A stretch of 64,000 nt of DNA. It comes from an uncultured Verrucomicrobiae bacterium. GTDB lineage: Bacteria; Verrucomicrobiota; Verrucomicrobiia; Chthoniobacterales; UBA10450. Shown here piece after piece: positions 15,811-26,934 of the stretch (the first letter of the stretch is position 1; every line of letters begins with the position of its first letter). A program made the position numbers and the translations under genes. Below the pieces are notes generated by a model. That model was not told where the DNA came from, did not search any database, and worked only from the letters and a program-made list of their open reading frames with translations. Where the stretch lies: NCBI GenBank assembly GCA_963791385.1, contig CAWBSH010000030.1:188381-252380 (forward strand), read 5' to 3'.

Positions 15811-17253
15811 TTACGCAAACTCGCGTTCCGGCGGCACGGACGATTTCGGCATGTGAAGCCGGAGATAGGAAAGCAAATCGGTGCGCGTAATCAGGCCAAG
15901 AAATTTGTTGTCGTCCATGACGATAGCGACTCGGCCGCGGTCAAACACACCCAGCAGGTCGTTAAGTTTCGCATCAGGAGGCAGCGCTTCCAACTGATCG
16001 GTCATCGCCTTTTTCACGGGATCATTAAAATGCGACGGTTCGCGGTGCACTTTCACCAGGAGATCGGATTCGTCGATTATGCCAACAGCGCGTCCGCTTT
16101 TATCGACCACCGGCAGCTGCGACACGTCTGAGTCGCGCATTCGCTTGAACGCTGTGAGCAATGAATCCTCCGGTCCTACCGTGATCACTTCCCCGGCTTC
16201 ATATCGATGCGAAATCAAATCGCTCAGGTCGCCGTGCGGCGGGCGATGAATGAATCCCTGCTCGGCCATCCAAAAATCGTTATACATTTTGGAGAGATAC
16301 TTGTTGCCCGTGTCAGGAACGAGAGTGACTACGCGTTTCGGTTTTGTTTGCTGCCGGCAATAACGCAGTGCGCCGGCGAGAAGCGTGCCTGTGGACGAGC
16401 CTCCGAAGATTCCTTCCTTGCGCAATAGCTCGCGTGCTGTCGCAAAACTCTCCTCGTCATCAATCTCAAAAGCGTCCGTGACCATGGACATGTCAGCAAT
16501 TTCCGGGATAAAATCTTCACCGATCCCCTCCACTGCCCAGCTGCCCGATTCAACCAGTTGGCCAGTCTTAACGTATTCATACAAAATGGAGCCGGTCGGG
16601 TCGGCCAGAACCATTTCGATGCCGCGTCTCGGTTTGACTCGATTAAAGAATCGACCCAGGCCAGTCAGTGTTCCGCCCGAACCAACCCCCACCACGACGG
16701 CATCTACGTCATGCCGCATTTGCTCCCAAATTTCCGGGCCGGTCGTACGCTCGTGCGCGAGAGGATTCGCCGGATTGCCGAATTGATTTGCATAAAACGC
16801 ACCGGGGATTTCTTCGGCGAGCCGGAATGCTACATCCTGGTAATACTCGGGATGTCCGCGCGTCACATCAGATCGCGCGATGCGTACTTCGGCGCCGAGC
16901 GCTCTCACGTGCGATATTTTTTCCTGCGACATCTTGTCGGGAATTACCAGCAAGACGCGATAGCCTTTCGCACCCGCCACCAACGCAAGGCCGAGGCCTG
17001 TATTACCTGCCGTCGCTTCAATGACCGTGCCGCCAGGTTCTAGTTTCCCCTCGGTCTCCGCCGCCTCGATCATCGACAGCGCGATCCGATCCTTGATCGA
17101 GCCACCCGGATTTTGATTCTCGAGTTTGAGAAAAAGGTGACACGGCCCGGTGTCGAACTGCGTCACTTCAACCAGCGGCGTATCGCCAATCAGCGAAAGA
17201 ATCTCGGGGGGCTTGCTATGCGCAATCGGGGGCGCTGCGGAACTCTCACTCAT
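15811..17253 (-). CDS. Cystathionine beta-synthase-like protein (PALP domain plus a tandem CBS pair)
   Basis: The sequence LIGDTPLVEVT...LKLENQNPGGSIKDRIAL...EATAGNTGLGLA is followed by a C-terminal CBS-pair region. ORF 15811-17403 was trimmed to the ATG at 17253. Confidence 0.8.
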   Translation of the reverse strand: MSESSAAPPIAHSKPPEILSLIGDTPLVEVTQFDTGPCHLFLKLENQNPGGSIKDRIALSMIEAAETEGKLEPGGTVIEATAGNTGLGLALVAGAKGYRVLLVIPDKMSQEKISHVRALGAEVRIARSDVTRGHPEYYQDVAFRLAEEIPGAFYANQFGNPANPLAHERTTGPEIWEQMRHDVDAVVVGVGSGGTLTGLGRFFNRVKPRRGIEMVLADPTGSILYEYVKTGQLVESGSWAVEGIGEDFIPEIADMSMVTDAFEIDDEESFATARELLRKEGIFGGSSTGTLLAGALRYCRQQTKPKRVVTLVPDTGNKYLSKMYNDFWMAEQGFIHRPPHGDLSDLISHRYEAGEVITVGPEDSLLTAFKRMRDSDVSQLPVVDKSGRAVGIIDESDLLVKVHREPSHFNDPVKKAMTDQLEALPPDAKLNDLLGVFDRGRVAIVMDDNKFLGLITRTDLLSYLRLHMPKSSVPPEREFA

Positions 17254-17258
17254 AAACG

Positions 17259-17766
17259 TTATTCGATCGAAGGTTCGCCTTTGTGCGACCACTCCGACTG
17301 GCTGTCTGCCAGAAATTGTTGGAGCACAGGAAAACGAATCTCGCCGTAATTTAATGCGTAGCGGAGATCGCCGCCTTTGTAAATCCAAGTCGCCGGAATC
17401 CACGAGAGCGGCAGACCGGCAAATTGCTTGATCTTGTTTTCACCGCGACGCGGACCGGGATCAGCGAGGATTGTCACGTTCGGCTGATTGGCAATGCCGA
17501 ATTTGTTCAGCATCGCGCGCCCGTCCTGCCCATCATTCCAAACAGAGACGAAATAAAATTTCACCTGCGGATTTTCGTTGACTGATTTTGGCCCACCCGC
17601 CGGTTTTGAGTTCAGCCTGACAATTAGAGCACCACGGCGCCCACAGATGAACAACAGTGAGTTCAGGTGATTTGATGCCGTCGAGGACCTGGTGTTCGGC
17701 CGAAGATTGCGCGTGCAACTTACCGGTCAACGCGACGAACAAGATAGAGAACCGCACGATAGACAT
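17259..17766 (-). CDS. TlpA/thioredoxin-like periplasmic protein, split by an apparent 1-nt indel at 17604-17607
   Basis: ORF 17533-17853 carries LWAPWCSNCQAELK and ORF 17259-17654 continues ...PAGGPKSVNENPQVKFYFVSVWND. Removing one base of the A4 run on the coding strand joins them. Confidence 0.7.
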
Positions 17767-17810
17767 CCAAGACACGATAAGAGAAAAGGGCACGACGCTC
17801 AATGCTAATA

Positions 17811-17940
17811 CTGTCATTCCGAGCAAAGTCGAGGAATCCCGTGACGAAATCATTGGCTAAGTCCGCGGGATCCTTAGACTCCGCGGAGTTTATCCTGAGC
17901 GAGCGAAGCGAGTCGAACGGGCTCCGCTCAATGACGACAG
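17811..17940. repeat. MITE-like element with GTCATT...AATGAC termini, divergent copy A
   Basis: The element reads CTGTCATTCCGAGCAAAGTCGAGGAATC...GAGCGAGCGAAGCGAGTCGAACGGGCTCCGCTCAATGACGACAG. Confidence 0.55.
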
Positions 17941-18002
17941 CCGTGGTCGGCGAGATCGCAGATTTCCCAACGCAGCTGCCCGCGCAGGCCAGAGACTCGC
18001 GC

Positions 18003-20653
18003 CAGAACTACTATTGCACCGTCAAGGTCAAATCGTTCCCGGTGCCGCCTTCGTAACTCACCCGATAAGTGTTGCTGCCTACCGTCAGAGTTGAACATCA
18101 GCCAGATTGTAAACTGCCGAGATTGGGTCGCGGCGTGTGTTGATGACGGTGAATACGTTACCGGATGCTATGACACTCGTGCCGAGATCCCCAATCGTGG
18201 CTGTGGCGCCGCTGTTGACTGTCACCCTCTGGCCGCCACCTGATCGGACCTAACGAGAGTGCTGTTTCAGATCGACGCTGTAATTAGCGAGCCTGTTAAA
18301 AGTCTGCGTCTTGGCGAACGCGATTGTCAAAGTCGTGCGCGGTTTGTAGTCGCACCGCTCCGTATTGAGATCAATTATGGGTGAAAGTCGCCGTCTCGGT
18401 GATGGGTCCACCCATGGTGATTGAAGCCGGATTGTTCGGTCCAGAGTAAGAACCCGTGCCAGCTACCCAGTCCAGTTGCTGAAACTGTAGCCGCGAGCCG
18501 GCATGGCGCTGATCGAGACAGTTGCTCCGCTGTTTTTCCATCCACTAGCGGGACTCACCCTGCCACCGGTCCCCGCGGTCATGGTCAGGTAATATTGCGT
18601 CTTGAATGTCGCCGTGTAGGTCGTGTTAGTGGTTGGCGCGACAGTGTGCGAGATCGCGCCGTGATCGCTCCACTTGGTCCATACGTATTGAACGCCTGTG
18701 TCACCGCTCTGCGGCGAACTCGTGGCAATGGTGTGACTTGAACCGGACGCCCAGGTAAATCTCTGGGTGGAACTGTAAGTAGTGCCGTCAACACTGAAGG
18801 TGCGACCAGCGGGACTTGTTTTAACTGTCACCTGAACCGCGTTGCCCGCAGTATCTTCCACCCGTAGTCTAGAGCATTACCTGCAATATTGGCACCGCCC
18901 CAGACGATCATCTCAGTGCCAGTCCAGACTGCCGTGTGCAAAAATCGGGCCTCGGGTGCGTTGCTCGTGGCTGGTATCGGTCCAGCTATCGGTGCTCGGA
19001 TTGTATCTTGCCACCGGTGTTCGTTACGGCGAATGTCGCTTCTCCGCCCCAGACGATCATTTCATTGCCAGTCCACACTGCCGTGTGATACGATCGTGCC
19101 GATCGGGTGCGTTGGTGATGGCTTGTGGCGGTCCAGCTAGTCCGTGGTAGGATTATATCTCCCGCCGGTGTTCGAATCAGGCCGCCCTGGTGTTCACCGC
19201 CCCACACGATCATTTCAGTGCCGGTCCACACTGCCGTGTGAAAGCATCGGGCGAACGGGCGCGTTAGTGGGGTCAGTGGCCGCCCAAGTATCGGAGCTTG
19301 GATTGTATCTGCCGCCGTCATTGAAAACAGCACCGATAGAACCGTTCAATCCGCCCCAGACGATCATTTCAGTGCCTGTCCAGACTGCCGTGTGATAGAG
19401 TCGGCCCTCCAACAGGCAGCGTAATTGGGCGGGCAGGGAACAAAGGGCAAGCTCGTGGCTGTCCAACTATCCGTGGCCGGATTGTATCTGCCGCCGGTAT
19501 TCTCATAAGCGAGGTCACTATGCTCCGCCCCAGACGATCATTTCCCTGCCCGTCCACACTGCCGTGTGCCAGGCTCGAGCTCGCGGCGCATCAGTGGTGC
19601 TGGTGGCTGTCCAGCTATCTGTGCCGGGATTATATCTTCCGCCGGTATTCGTATTGCCGTATGGATAGACTCCGAGCCCGCCCCAGATGATCATTTCAGT
19701 TCCCGTCCATACTGCTGTGTGATAGTCACGATAGACTGGCTCATTGGTTGTACTCACCAGTGACCAGCTGTCGGTCGTCGGATTGTATCTACCGCCGCCG
19801 ACGTAGGCCGGCCCGTTATTTCCGCCCCAGACGATCATTTCGCTGCCAGTCCAGACTGCGGTGTGAACATATCGGGCAGGCACCTGGCGCGCCGGGGTCG
19901 CCCGTGGCCACCCAGTCATCAAAGCAGCGTATTCGGTGTGCTGATTATCGCCGGCAGTTGGTACTTCGCTGCCTCGTTTGCTGCCATTGTTCTGAGGCGT
20001 GGAAATTTAGTATCATCGTCCGCTGGAGATCGCGGATCAGTCTCGCCGGAATTCACTTGAAGAGTCGCGGTACAACTTGGCAGCGCAGCAACTTGAGTTC
20101 GGAATTGCTCATCACGCGCGGAGAGGTCTCGCACCAGTCGCTCCGCTAACACAGGCTTCGCCACACACTCAGCGATGACTGCCGCATCATTGCCGAGCGC
20201 GGCAAAGATCTCGCGTAGCGTGTCCGGTTGCCTGGTGTTGTGAGCAATACGATCCATCTCTGCTTGAAGTTCCTCAGGCGTAATCGGCCGTTGCCAGTAA
20301 TCCTCCAGCGCCTGTGAGTTGCGCAGATAATCGCGGACCTTTCCTTCGAGCTGCGCCTGCGACATCACTGCCATCAAGCGATGGCTTGGAAGCAGTGTTT
20401 TCCTTCGGCCAAATGCGATAACGCCAGTAAACTTCTTCAATAGCTCGTTGGTAAGCGACGCGATCGGCAAATGTGAGCGTTTTGCTTTGCGCTGTTGGGT
20501 TTACCACGCCGCCGGCGCCATGACTGCCACGACAGTTTGGCCATCTGCTCGGTAAATTAATGGCCAAGGTAAAAGCGACAATGGCTGACGACAAAACGAC
20601 CGCAATCGCAGCGCTGCGAATGACGTAACCGCTGACTTGTTTTTGCTTTTCAT
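18003..20653 (-). CDS. Large secreted protein with an N-terminal anchor, 7 Kelch-like blades, an InlB-B-repeat-like domain and a shared C-terminal beta domain. The reading frame is broken many times.
   Basis: ORFs 20274-20594, 19919-20470, 19518-19922, 19369-19557, 19215-19466, 18986-19333 and 18463-18861 tile the locus in changing frames. HTAVWTG(T/S/N/R)EMIVWGG recurs 7 times. The end, ...TLTVGSNTYRVSYEGGTGNDLTLTVQ*, stops at 18003. Confidence 0.65.
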
Positions 20654-20743
20654 ATGTTTGATCCTTTCATCATTCCTCTACGAGAATTCCGGGGCGAAGT
20701 GGGCTTCATTATCTTAAAGTCAAGTTTTTCCCAGCTCTCTGGA

Positions 20744-22501
20744 TTACTGCACAGTGAGCGTGAGATCGTTGCCGGTGCCGCCCTCGTAACTCACGAGATA
20801 GGTGTTGCTGCCTACCGTTAAAGTTGAACCATCAGCCAGGTTGCTAAAGGTGCCAGAGATTGGGATAGCCGAGGTATTATTGATCAGCGTTAACACAGTC
20901 CCGCTGGTGAGTGAGCCGGTGCCGAGATCACCGATATTAGCGGTAGCGCCGCTGCCGATTGTTACCCCTCTCGCCACTACCTGATCGGCCTTCACGCCAT
21001 TACTGTCGAGATCGGCGTTGTAAATACCAAATTGTTTGAAGTTGATCGGCCTGGATATTGTCAGTCTGCCGGTGCGACCGACGAGGCCGGCGAGGATCGG
21101 TGCCAAACCGGGTTGCGCTGCCGATGGTGACCGCACCCGATATTGTGCCCGTCCCCCCGAGCACGCCGCCGTTCACCGTCACCTTCCCAGTGCCTGTGGC
21201 CGAACCAGTTGAGTTTGTCACTAACAGCGTGCCTCGGGTTACGGTCGTGTTGCCGGTATAGGTGTTCGCCCCAGACAGGGTAAAGGTGCCACTGCCGGTC
21301 TTAGTCAGCGAACCGCCACCTGCATCATTAATTATTCCATCAAAGGTGGTGCTAGCATTGTTACTTCCCAGGCTAAGCGTATTCTTCCTAACTTGACAAG
21401 CCCGTTGCCTTCCAAGGAGCCGATCGGGATGACGGTCGGCGGAGTGAAGGTGCTGATGTCCATGGTGCCATTCGTCACGTCTCCATTGCCGCTGCCAAAC
21501 ACTTCCACGCGCGCTCTGTTGCGGGTCGCTGCTTGCCACTGGATTAGCCCGCCAGCGCCTCCGGTTGAGACCCGCATTAGCAATAAACGTCGCGGTGGCC
21601 GGATCAGCGGGGCCAGCTATGCTCACCACGCCCGGATTGTGGCTGGTATCCACAGCTCCATTAGCGGTGAAAATAGCAGCTCCGGCACTCGTAAAGGCAA
21701 CCATAGAAACGAGATTATCGTGATAAGACCTGTTGAGTTACCGTTAACGGTAAAGGTAGCGTTGCCGGCTGTTGCACCGTCGTGTCCCATCGTCACAGTT
21801 GAAGCAGCATTGTCGCCGCCGTTTAGGATGAAAGTTCCATTGCCAGCAGAGCTACTAGCCATGAAATCGACAAGTCCGACATTTAGCGTAAACGTCGCGT
21901 GATCGGCAGTTGTCCCGCTGTTAAAAGTGACATCCATGCTCGGTGCAAGTGAATGAAGCACTGCCGGCGGTCGCCGACCCGCTGAAAATAAGATATGGGT
22001 GGCAACACCCCAGACGTGCGACCCATGACATAACTCACGTTGCTCCCGGCCGTCGCGTCCTGAAAAGTTACAACAGTGGAGTTCGCTCCTCCCATTAATC
22101 ACAAACGTTTGCGTCTTACCGGAATTATTTACGACCCCACGGCCTTGGAAGGTCAAATCCTGACCCGTCGCCGGCACGGTCAGTATATAAGCGCTTGCAC
22201 CCGGGTTGAACGTGATCCCGTTCAGCAGCGTCAGGAGATCGGAGCTGTCGGAGATCGTGATGGCCGGTTGGGTAGTGCTGCCGAACGTGGCGATATCCGT
22301 CGCGCCGTCAGGCACCGTGGCAGGTGTCCAGTTATTGGGATTGTACCATTGATTGTCGACCGGGTTACTATTCCAGGTTGCGCTACCGGCGCAAATGGCT
22401 GGCGCACTCAAACTTAGGATGACCACGGTGAATACGGGGGCGCTCATTCTGAGACAAAGGGAGCGCATGCGGCTATGTGGTTTGTAGGATTTGTATTTCA
22501 T
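20744..22501 (-). CDS. Autotransporter-associated beta-strand repeat protein (secreted) with a broken reading frame
   Basis: ORFs 21623-22501, 21000-21704 and 20744-21136 tile the locus. Signature stretches are SATWNSNPVDNQWYNPNNWTPATVP and LTKTGSGTFTLSGANTYTGNTTVTRGTLLV. The C-terminus is ...GSNTYLVSYEGGTGNDLTLTVQ. Confidence 0.7.
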
Positions 22502-22778
22502 ATAGGTGTTTGGGGCTTGTTTCGGTTGGAATATTGATGAACTTCACTTGGTATTCCGAGAACGGCGGAGCGAAGTTTCAAAAATTTTCAAAAAATTTTG
22601 AACCGCGCTTGATTGCGGATCGGAGTTTCCAGTCGCGGACGGCCACGGAGTCGCTCAGATCGTCTGACAATCGGAAGTCGCCAAATAACAGATGTGCCTC
22701 GCGGGATGAGGTATGCAGGCTTTGCGGCCTGCCCTCGGATATCCCGTCAGCTAGTGTGAGTTAAATAGAACTGTAGCA

Positions 22779-22865
22779 GTTGTAGCGACGGCCCTGCGGG
22801 CCGTCTTCGCTTGCTGTAGAAAGGAGCATTGAGGGGTCGACCGGCCACAGGCCGGTGGCTACAAC
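22779..22865. repeat. Divergent relative of the compound palindromic element (copy 5)
   Basis: The element reads TTGTAGCGACGGCCCTGCGGGCCGTC...GTCGACCGGCCACAGGCCGGTGGCTACAA. It has the same architecture: an outer stem and two internal hairpins. Confidence 0.5.
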
Positions 22866-22980
22866 ATTTGTTAACGCAGCGCCCCGGATTTGCACGGCTC
22901 GTCTCGAACCGTTCAGTTTTTCGGCGCGAGTGAGGCGACCCACCTTCGCCAAGGCTACGGCGCGGTTGAGCGGGCAGACG

Positions 22981-25811
22981 CTATTTTGGAGCAAGCGAGG
23001 CTACGAATTTTTCAAACCGCGGATCGCCGCGGAGGGGGTCCCAGACGGGACTCAGCTTCAGCTTCCGTAGTTAACTAACCAGCCACCGGTCATCCGTGTC
23101 GTTTTCTCCAACTGTTCGCACGCAAGTCCTTTTTCCCCCACCCACGCCGCGATGACGCCGAAATACTCGATCATGTGCGCGCCATTAAGGGCATCCTTCG
23201 TCCATAGGTAGTAACTCGATGGCATGACGGCCTTCGCGCAGCGCCTCCTCTTTTTTTCCCAACCCGGCGTCGATGAGTCCGAGCCCGCACCAGGCTGGGC
23301 CATAGTCCGGCTCCGCTTTGACCACTTTCTCTTGCTCTACACGCGCCGCGGTAAAAGCCGCACGGGCTCTGGCGTCGTCTTTGGTCATGCGCGCAAGCAA
23401 TCCTTCGCCAAACTTGTGGTTAAGTTGGATCCAGTTAGTGCCGAAACTTCCATCGCCAAGCGCCACCAGCGCCGCTTCAGCATCGGTGGGATTCCGTTCG
23501 GCTAAGGCGGCCATCAGCCAAGTGTCGGCAATGGTTGGAAGTTTCGCCGGGTTATTCTTGCGAATGGAATCGATGACCTGACGCATGGGTCGCGTGTCGG
23601 CCTTCCAGTCAAGTTCTGTAGAGGCGCGCGCGGTCTGTGTTTCGACATCGTCGGGTTTAATGGCGAGTATGCGATCGATCACTGCGATCACATCGGAGTA
23701 GCGCCGCAGTGCATAATAAGAGATCGCAATTTGATCCAAGGTGCGGATGTTGCGGGGATCAAGCTCCAGCGCGCGGCTTAAGTTCTGCACACTATCCTCC
23801 CAGTATCCTTGCCGTCGGCGGATGTATCCTGTTAGTTCAAATACACCAGGACTGTTCGGCAATGTTTCGCGTGCGCTTTGCAGCTCGCGAAGCGCGCCGT
23901 CGTAATCGAGATGGACACGATAAAGATATACGGCACGCGAGAGATGTGCTTCTCCCGCGTCAGGCTGCAAACGAAACGCAGCATCGAGTTCCTTTTGGGC
24001 CAGGGCGAGCCGCTCCGGGGAACGGTCGATTCCAAGTAAATAGAGTTCGGTATGTGCATCGACGAGCTGGCAATGGGCTTGGAAAAACGATGGATCCCGC
24101 GCCACCGCCTGACTCAGCAGGTCCGCCGCTTGCAACAACACCTGCCGATGGGCAGCGCTGTAGGTAATGGAAAGATTCAGTGCCTTGGCATGACTATAAA
24201 GGTCGAAAGCTGCCAGGTCGATCGTTGGGGCTTGTTCGATTGCCGCTTTTTCACGGGGAGAAAGTTTGGTCTCCAGTGCACTGGCGATGGCTTTGGCGAT
24301 TTGGCTTTGAATCGCGAAGACGTCCGCCAAATCACCGTCATAGGTGTGCGCCCAGACGTGTGCATCGTTGCGGGCATTGATCAGTTGGGCGTTGACCCGC
24401 ACCTTACCGCTGGCGCGTTGCACGCTGCCTTCGATGAGGTAGTTAACTCCGAGAGCCTGGCCGATGGCGCGGGCATCGCGGCTCGAGCCCGGTTCGTATT
24501 GCATCACGGAAGTCCGGCTGATTACCTTTAGATCCGCAATGGTGGCCAGGTCGGTGAGGATCTCGTCCTGGATTCCTTGCGTGAAATAAATGTTCTCCTT
24601 GTCACTCAAGTTTTCGAAAGGCAGGACGGCGATGCTTTTAGCAGGGAGCATTGCTAGCGGGGAAGTTCTTTTGGTAAAGAGCAAGAAAACAGCCGCGGTT
24701 GCAAAAACCAGCGCTGCGATCGTAGCTGCGGCCAGTTTTGGATTTCGCTTCAACCAGCGCCAGGTCTGCACCGGTGGCAGAACAGGCCGAGCAATGATCG
24801 GACGGCCTTTCAGCCAGCGCTCCAAGTCTTCGGCCAGAGCACCGGCAGATTGATAGCGAGCCTGCGGCTCTCGCTCGAGGCACTTTGCGCAGATGGTTTC
24901 AAGATCGCGGTCGAGCGCGGGCGCAAGCGAACGCAGTTTCGGCGCTGGTTTTTCCGAGGCTTGCTGGATTACGGCCAGTGCGTGTTCACCCAGAAATGGC
25001 GGCTGGCCGGTGAAGAGATCGAACAAGATCGCGCCGAGACTATAAACATCGGCTGCGGCGTGAGTTGCGCACCTGAGCCTCTGGCTTGCTCCGGCGCGAT
25101 ATAACCGGGCGTTCCGAAAATTGTCAGGCTTCTTGTCAGGTCAGTCGACGTGTCGAGCCATTTCGCCAGACCAAAGTCACTAACTAACGGCTCGCCCAGC
25201 GCATCGAGCAGGATGTTACCCGGTTTGAGGTCGCGATGAAGAATGCCGTGGCGATGGGCATATTCGACGGCGCGAGCAACTTTGGCGAGCAAACGCACGA
25301 TCTCGCGCGGATGATCACGCAACGCCGGCCCGATCTGCGCGAGCGAGCCACCAGGAGCGTATTTCATGCTGAAGTAGGGAATCCCCTCCTCCGTTTCGCC
25401 GACTTCGTAGATCGGGAGAATGTTGGGATGATCGAGGCTCGAGGCGGCTTCGGCTTCCCGGCGAAAGCGGGCCAGCGTCTCACGTGACTCGGCGTGATAA
25501 GTCAGGACGCGCTTGAGCGCGACGATGCGGCGGGAATAACGCTGTCGGGCGCGGTAAATAACGCCCATCCCGCCGCGGCCGATTTCCTCGAGGGCTTCGT
25601 AGTTCCCCAATCGCCGGAGTTCGGAAGCGGGAACGGCCTGGAGCAGCGCGGCAAAATCATCTTGCGGTGATTGATCGCCCTCATCCAAAGCTGAGCCGAT
25701 GAGACACCCAAGACAAAGCCCGCGAGACAAGCGTGCGATAGTGTGGCAATGGGGACATGCCGCGAGCGTGGCGCTCGTCGTAAGGGAATCGGACAGACCA
25801 GACCCGTTCAT
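22981..25811 (-). CDS. Ser/Thr protein kinase with a TM helix, a periplasmic TolB-N-like module and TPR repeats. There are at least 3 apparent frame breaks.
   Basis: ORF 24969-25811 carries GRGGMGVIY, HRDLKPGNILL, DFGLAK and GTPGYIAPE. ORF 23185-25026 continues with DVYSLGAILF (seen in the shifted frame), a TM helix and TPRs. The tail, LKLSPVWDPLRGDPRFEKFVASLAPK*, is in a third frame and ends at 22981. Confidence 0.8.
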
Positions 25812-25826
25812 ACAGGGAAAAAGTCG

Positions 25827-26618
25827 TTAGGCTGATTGATTGGCTGCTTCCATTCCGGCGGAAAGCGCAGCAACCAGGTAGCGCACCTCTTCGTTCACAT
25901 CCGCGGGATCGGCGACGGTCTCCGCAATTTCCGCCCGAAGCAGCTCGCGGTATCGCTGGCGCAGCCGGTGGAGAAGTGTTTTGACCTCCGCCGGTTTGAC
26001 TCCGAGTTCACGCGCCAGCGGCTCGTAAGCGATGTCGCCCCGATCCGCGGTGAGCGCTCCGCTGAGAACGTCGAAGACCCGGGGCCGTTTGTGCGCTTCG
26101 CATTCTTCCTGGAGACGGCGAAGAGTCTGCTCTGCGACAGTCGCGGCCCAGCGCACATCGAAAACTTTCTCCGCCGGCCAACTCTTCTCTGCGGCGACCG
26201 GCAGCATAAGGTGCGATGGAGCTTCTGCCATCCACTCGTCCCAGGAAACGAATCTTGCCTCGCCGCCGCGCCGGCGACTCCGCGCCCGGTCGCGCGCGTC
26301 ATCGAGAAAATCCTTGATCGCCTTGAGAAGAAGTGAGCGAAAGCGACCGCGCTCCGGGTCGGCGCGGCGAAGCAGGTCGCCTGTCAGCACCATGACAAAA
26401 AAATCCTGCGTCAGATCTTCGGCGTCCTCTTGCGAATGGACGCGGCGGGCGACAAAAGCGAAGATGGGTCGCCAGTAAATTCGGCAAAGCTGAGTCAGCG
26501 CCTCGGCAGCTTTTTGATCGCCCGTGTGGGCATCGGCAGAGGCGAGAATGACACTCCAGCGGGTGGTGTTGAAACGGCGATGTGCCTCTGGCAGGTCTGT
26601 GCTCTGGCTCGGGCACAT
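25827..26618 (-). CDS. ECF-type sigma-70 family factor (kinase-associated, ECF43-like group)
   Basis: The sequence FNTTRWSVILAS...LCRIYWRPIFAFVARRV...AEDLTQDFFV is followed by a C-terminal region-4-like HTH. The gene lies directly upstream of the kinase. Confidence 0.75.
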   Translation of the reverse strand: MCPSQSTDLPEAHRRFNTTRWSVILASADAHTGDQKAAEALTQLCRIYWRPIFAFVARRVHSQEDAEDLTQDFFVMVLTGDLLRRADPERGRFRSLLLKAIKDFLDDARDRARSRRRGGEARFVSWDEWMAEAPSHLMLPVAAEKSWPAEKVFDVRWAATVAEQTLRRLQEECEAHKRPRVFDVLSGALTADRGDIAYEPLARELGVKPAEVKTLLHRLRQRYRELLRAEIAETVADPADVNEEVRYLVAALSAGMEAANQSA

Positions 26619-26807
26619 TTTGAGCGATGTTCCTGAATCGATCCACGCAAAGCAAGAAAATAATGCGCACTAGCGCGCGGGTTTTAGTGATTGTCGGGCA
26701 TGCCATCCCGGGCGCAGGATGACCATCCGCACCTGTGCTCAAAAGCGCCCGCGACTCGCGAAAAGGTTTCGGAAGCGCCAGGCCGCCGCGGCGACCGCGC
26801 CTCAAAG

Positions 26808-26836
26808 TTGACCAGATGCACAAAAACGCCTACTAT
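26808..26836 (+). promoter_or_regulatory. Candidate sigma-70 promoter for rpsA
   Basis: TTGACC (26808-26813), a 17-nt spacer and TACTAT (26831-26836) lie about 100 nt upstream of the rpsA ATG. Confidence 0.35.
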
Positions 26837-26934
26837 GGCGTCCCCAATTCCGCTTCCCGGCAGCAGCCGGATGCGCGGAACAGCAGCGTTCGATTGAGAC
26901 CGCCGCTGCAGTGCAGAGGAGGCCTATTTATTTT

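Noticed and set aside
18890-19930. A regularly spaced ~150-bp repeat that could superficially suggest a CRISPR-like or satellite array
   Set aside because: The repeats are imperfect and coding (Kelch blades, HTAVWTGxEMIVWGG). Spacing varies from 145 to 174 bp and there is no short-repeat/unique-spacer structure.
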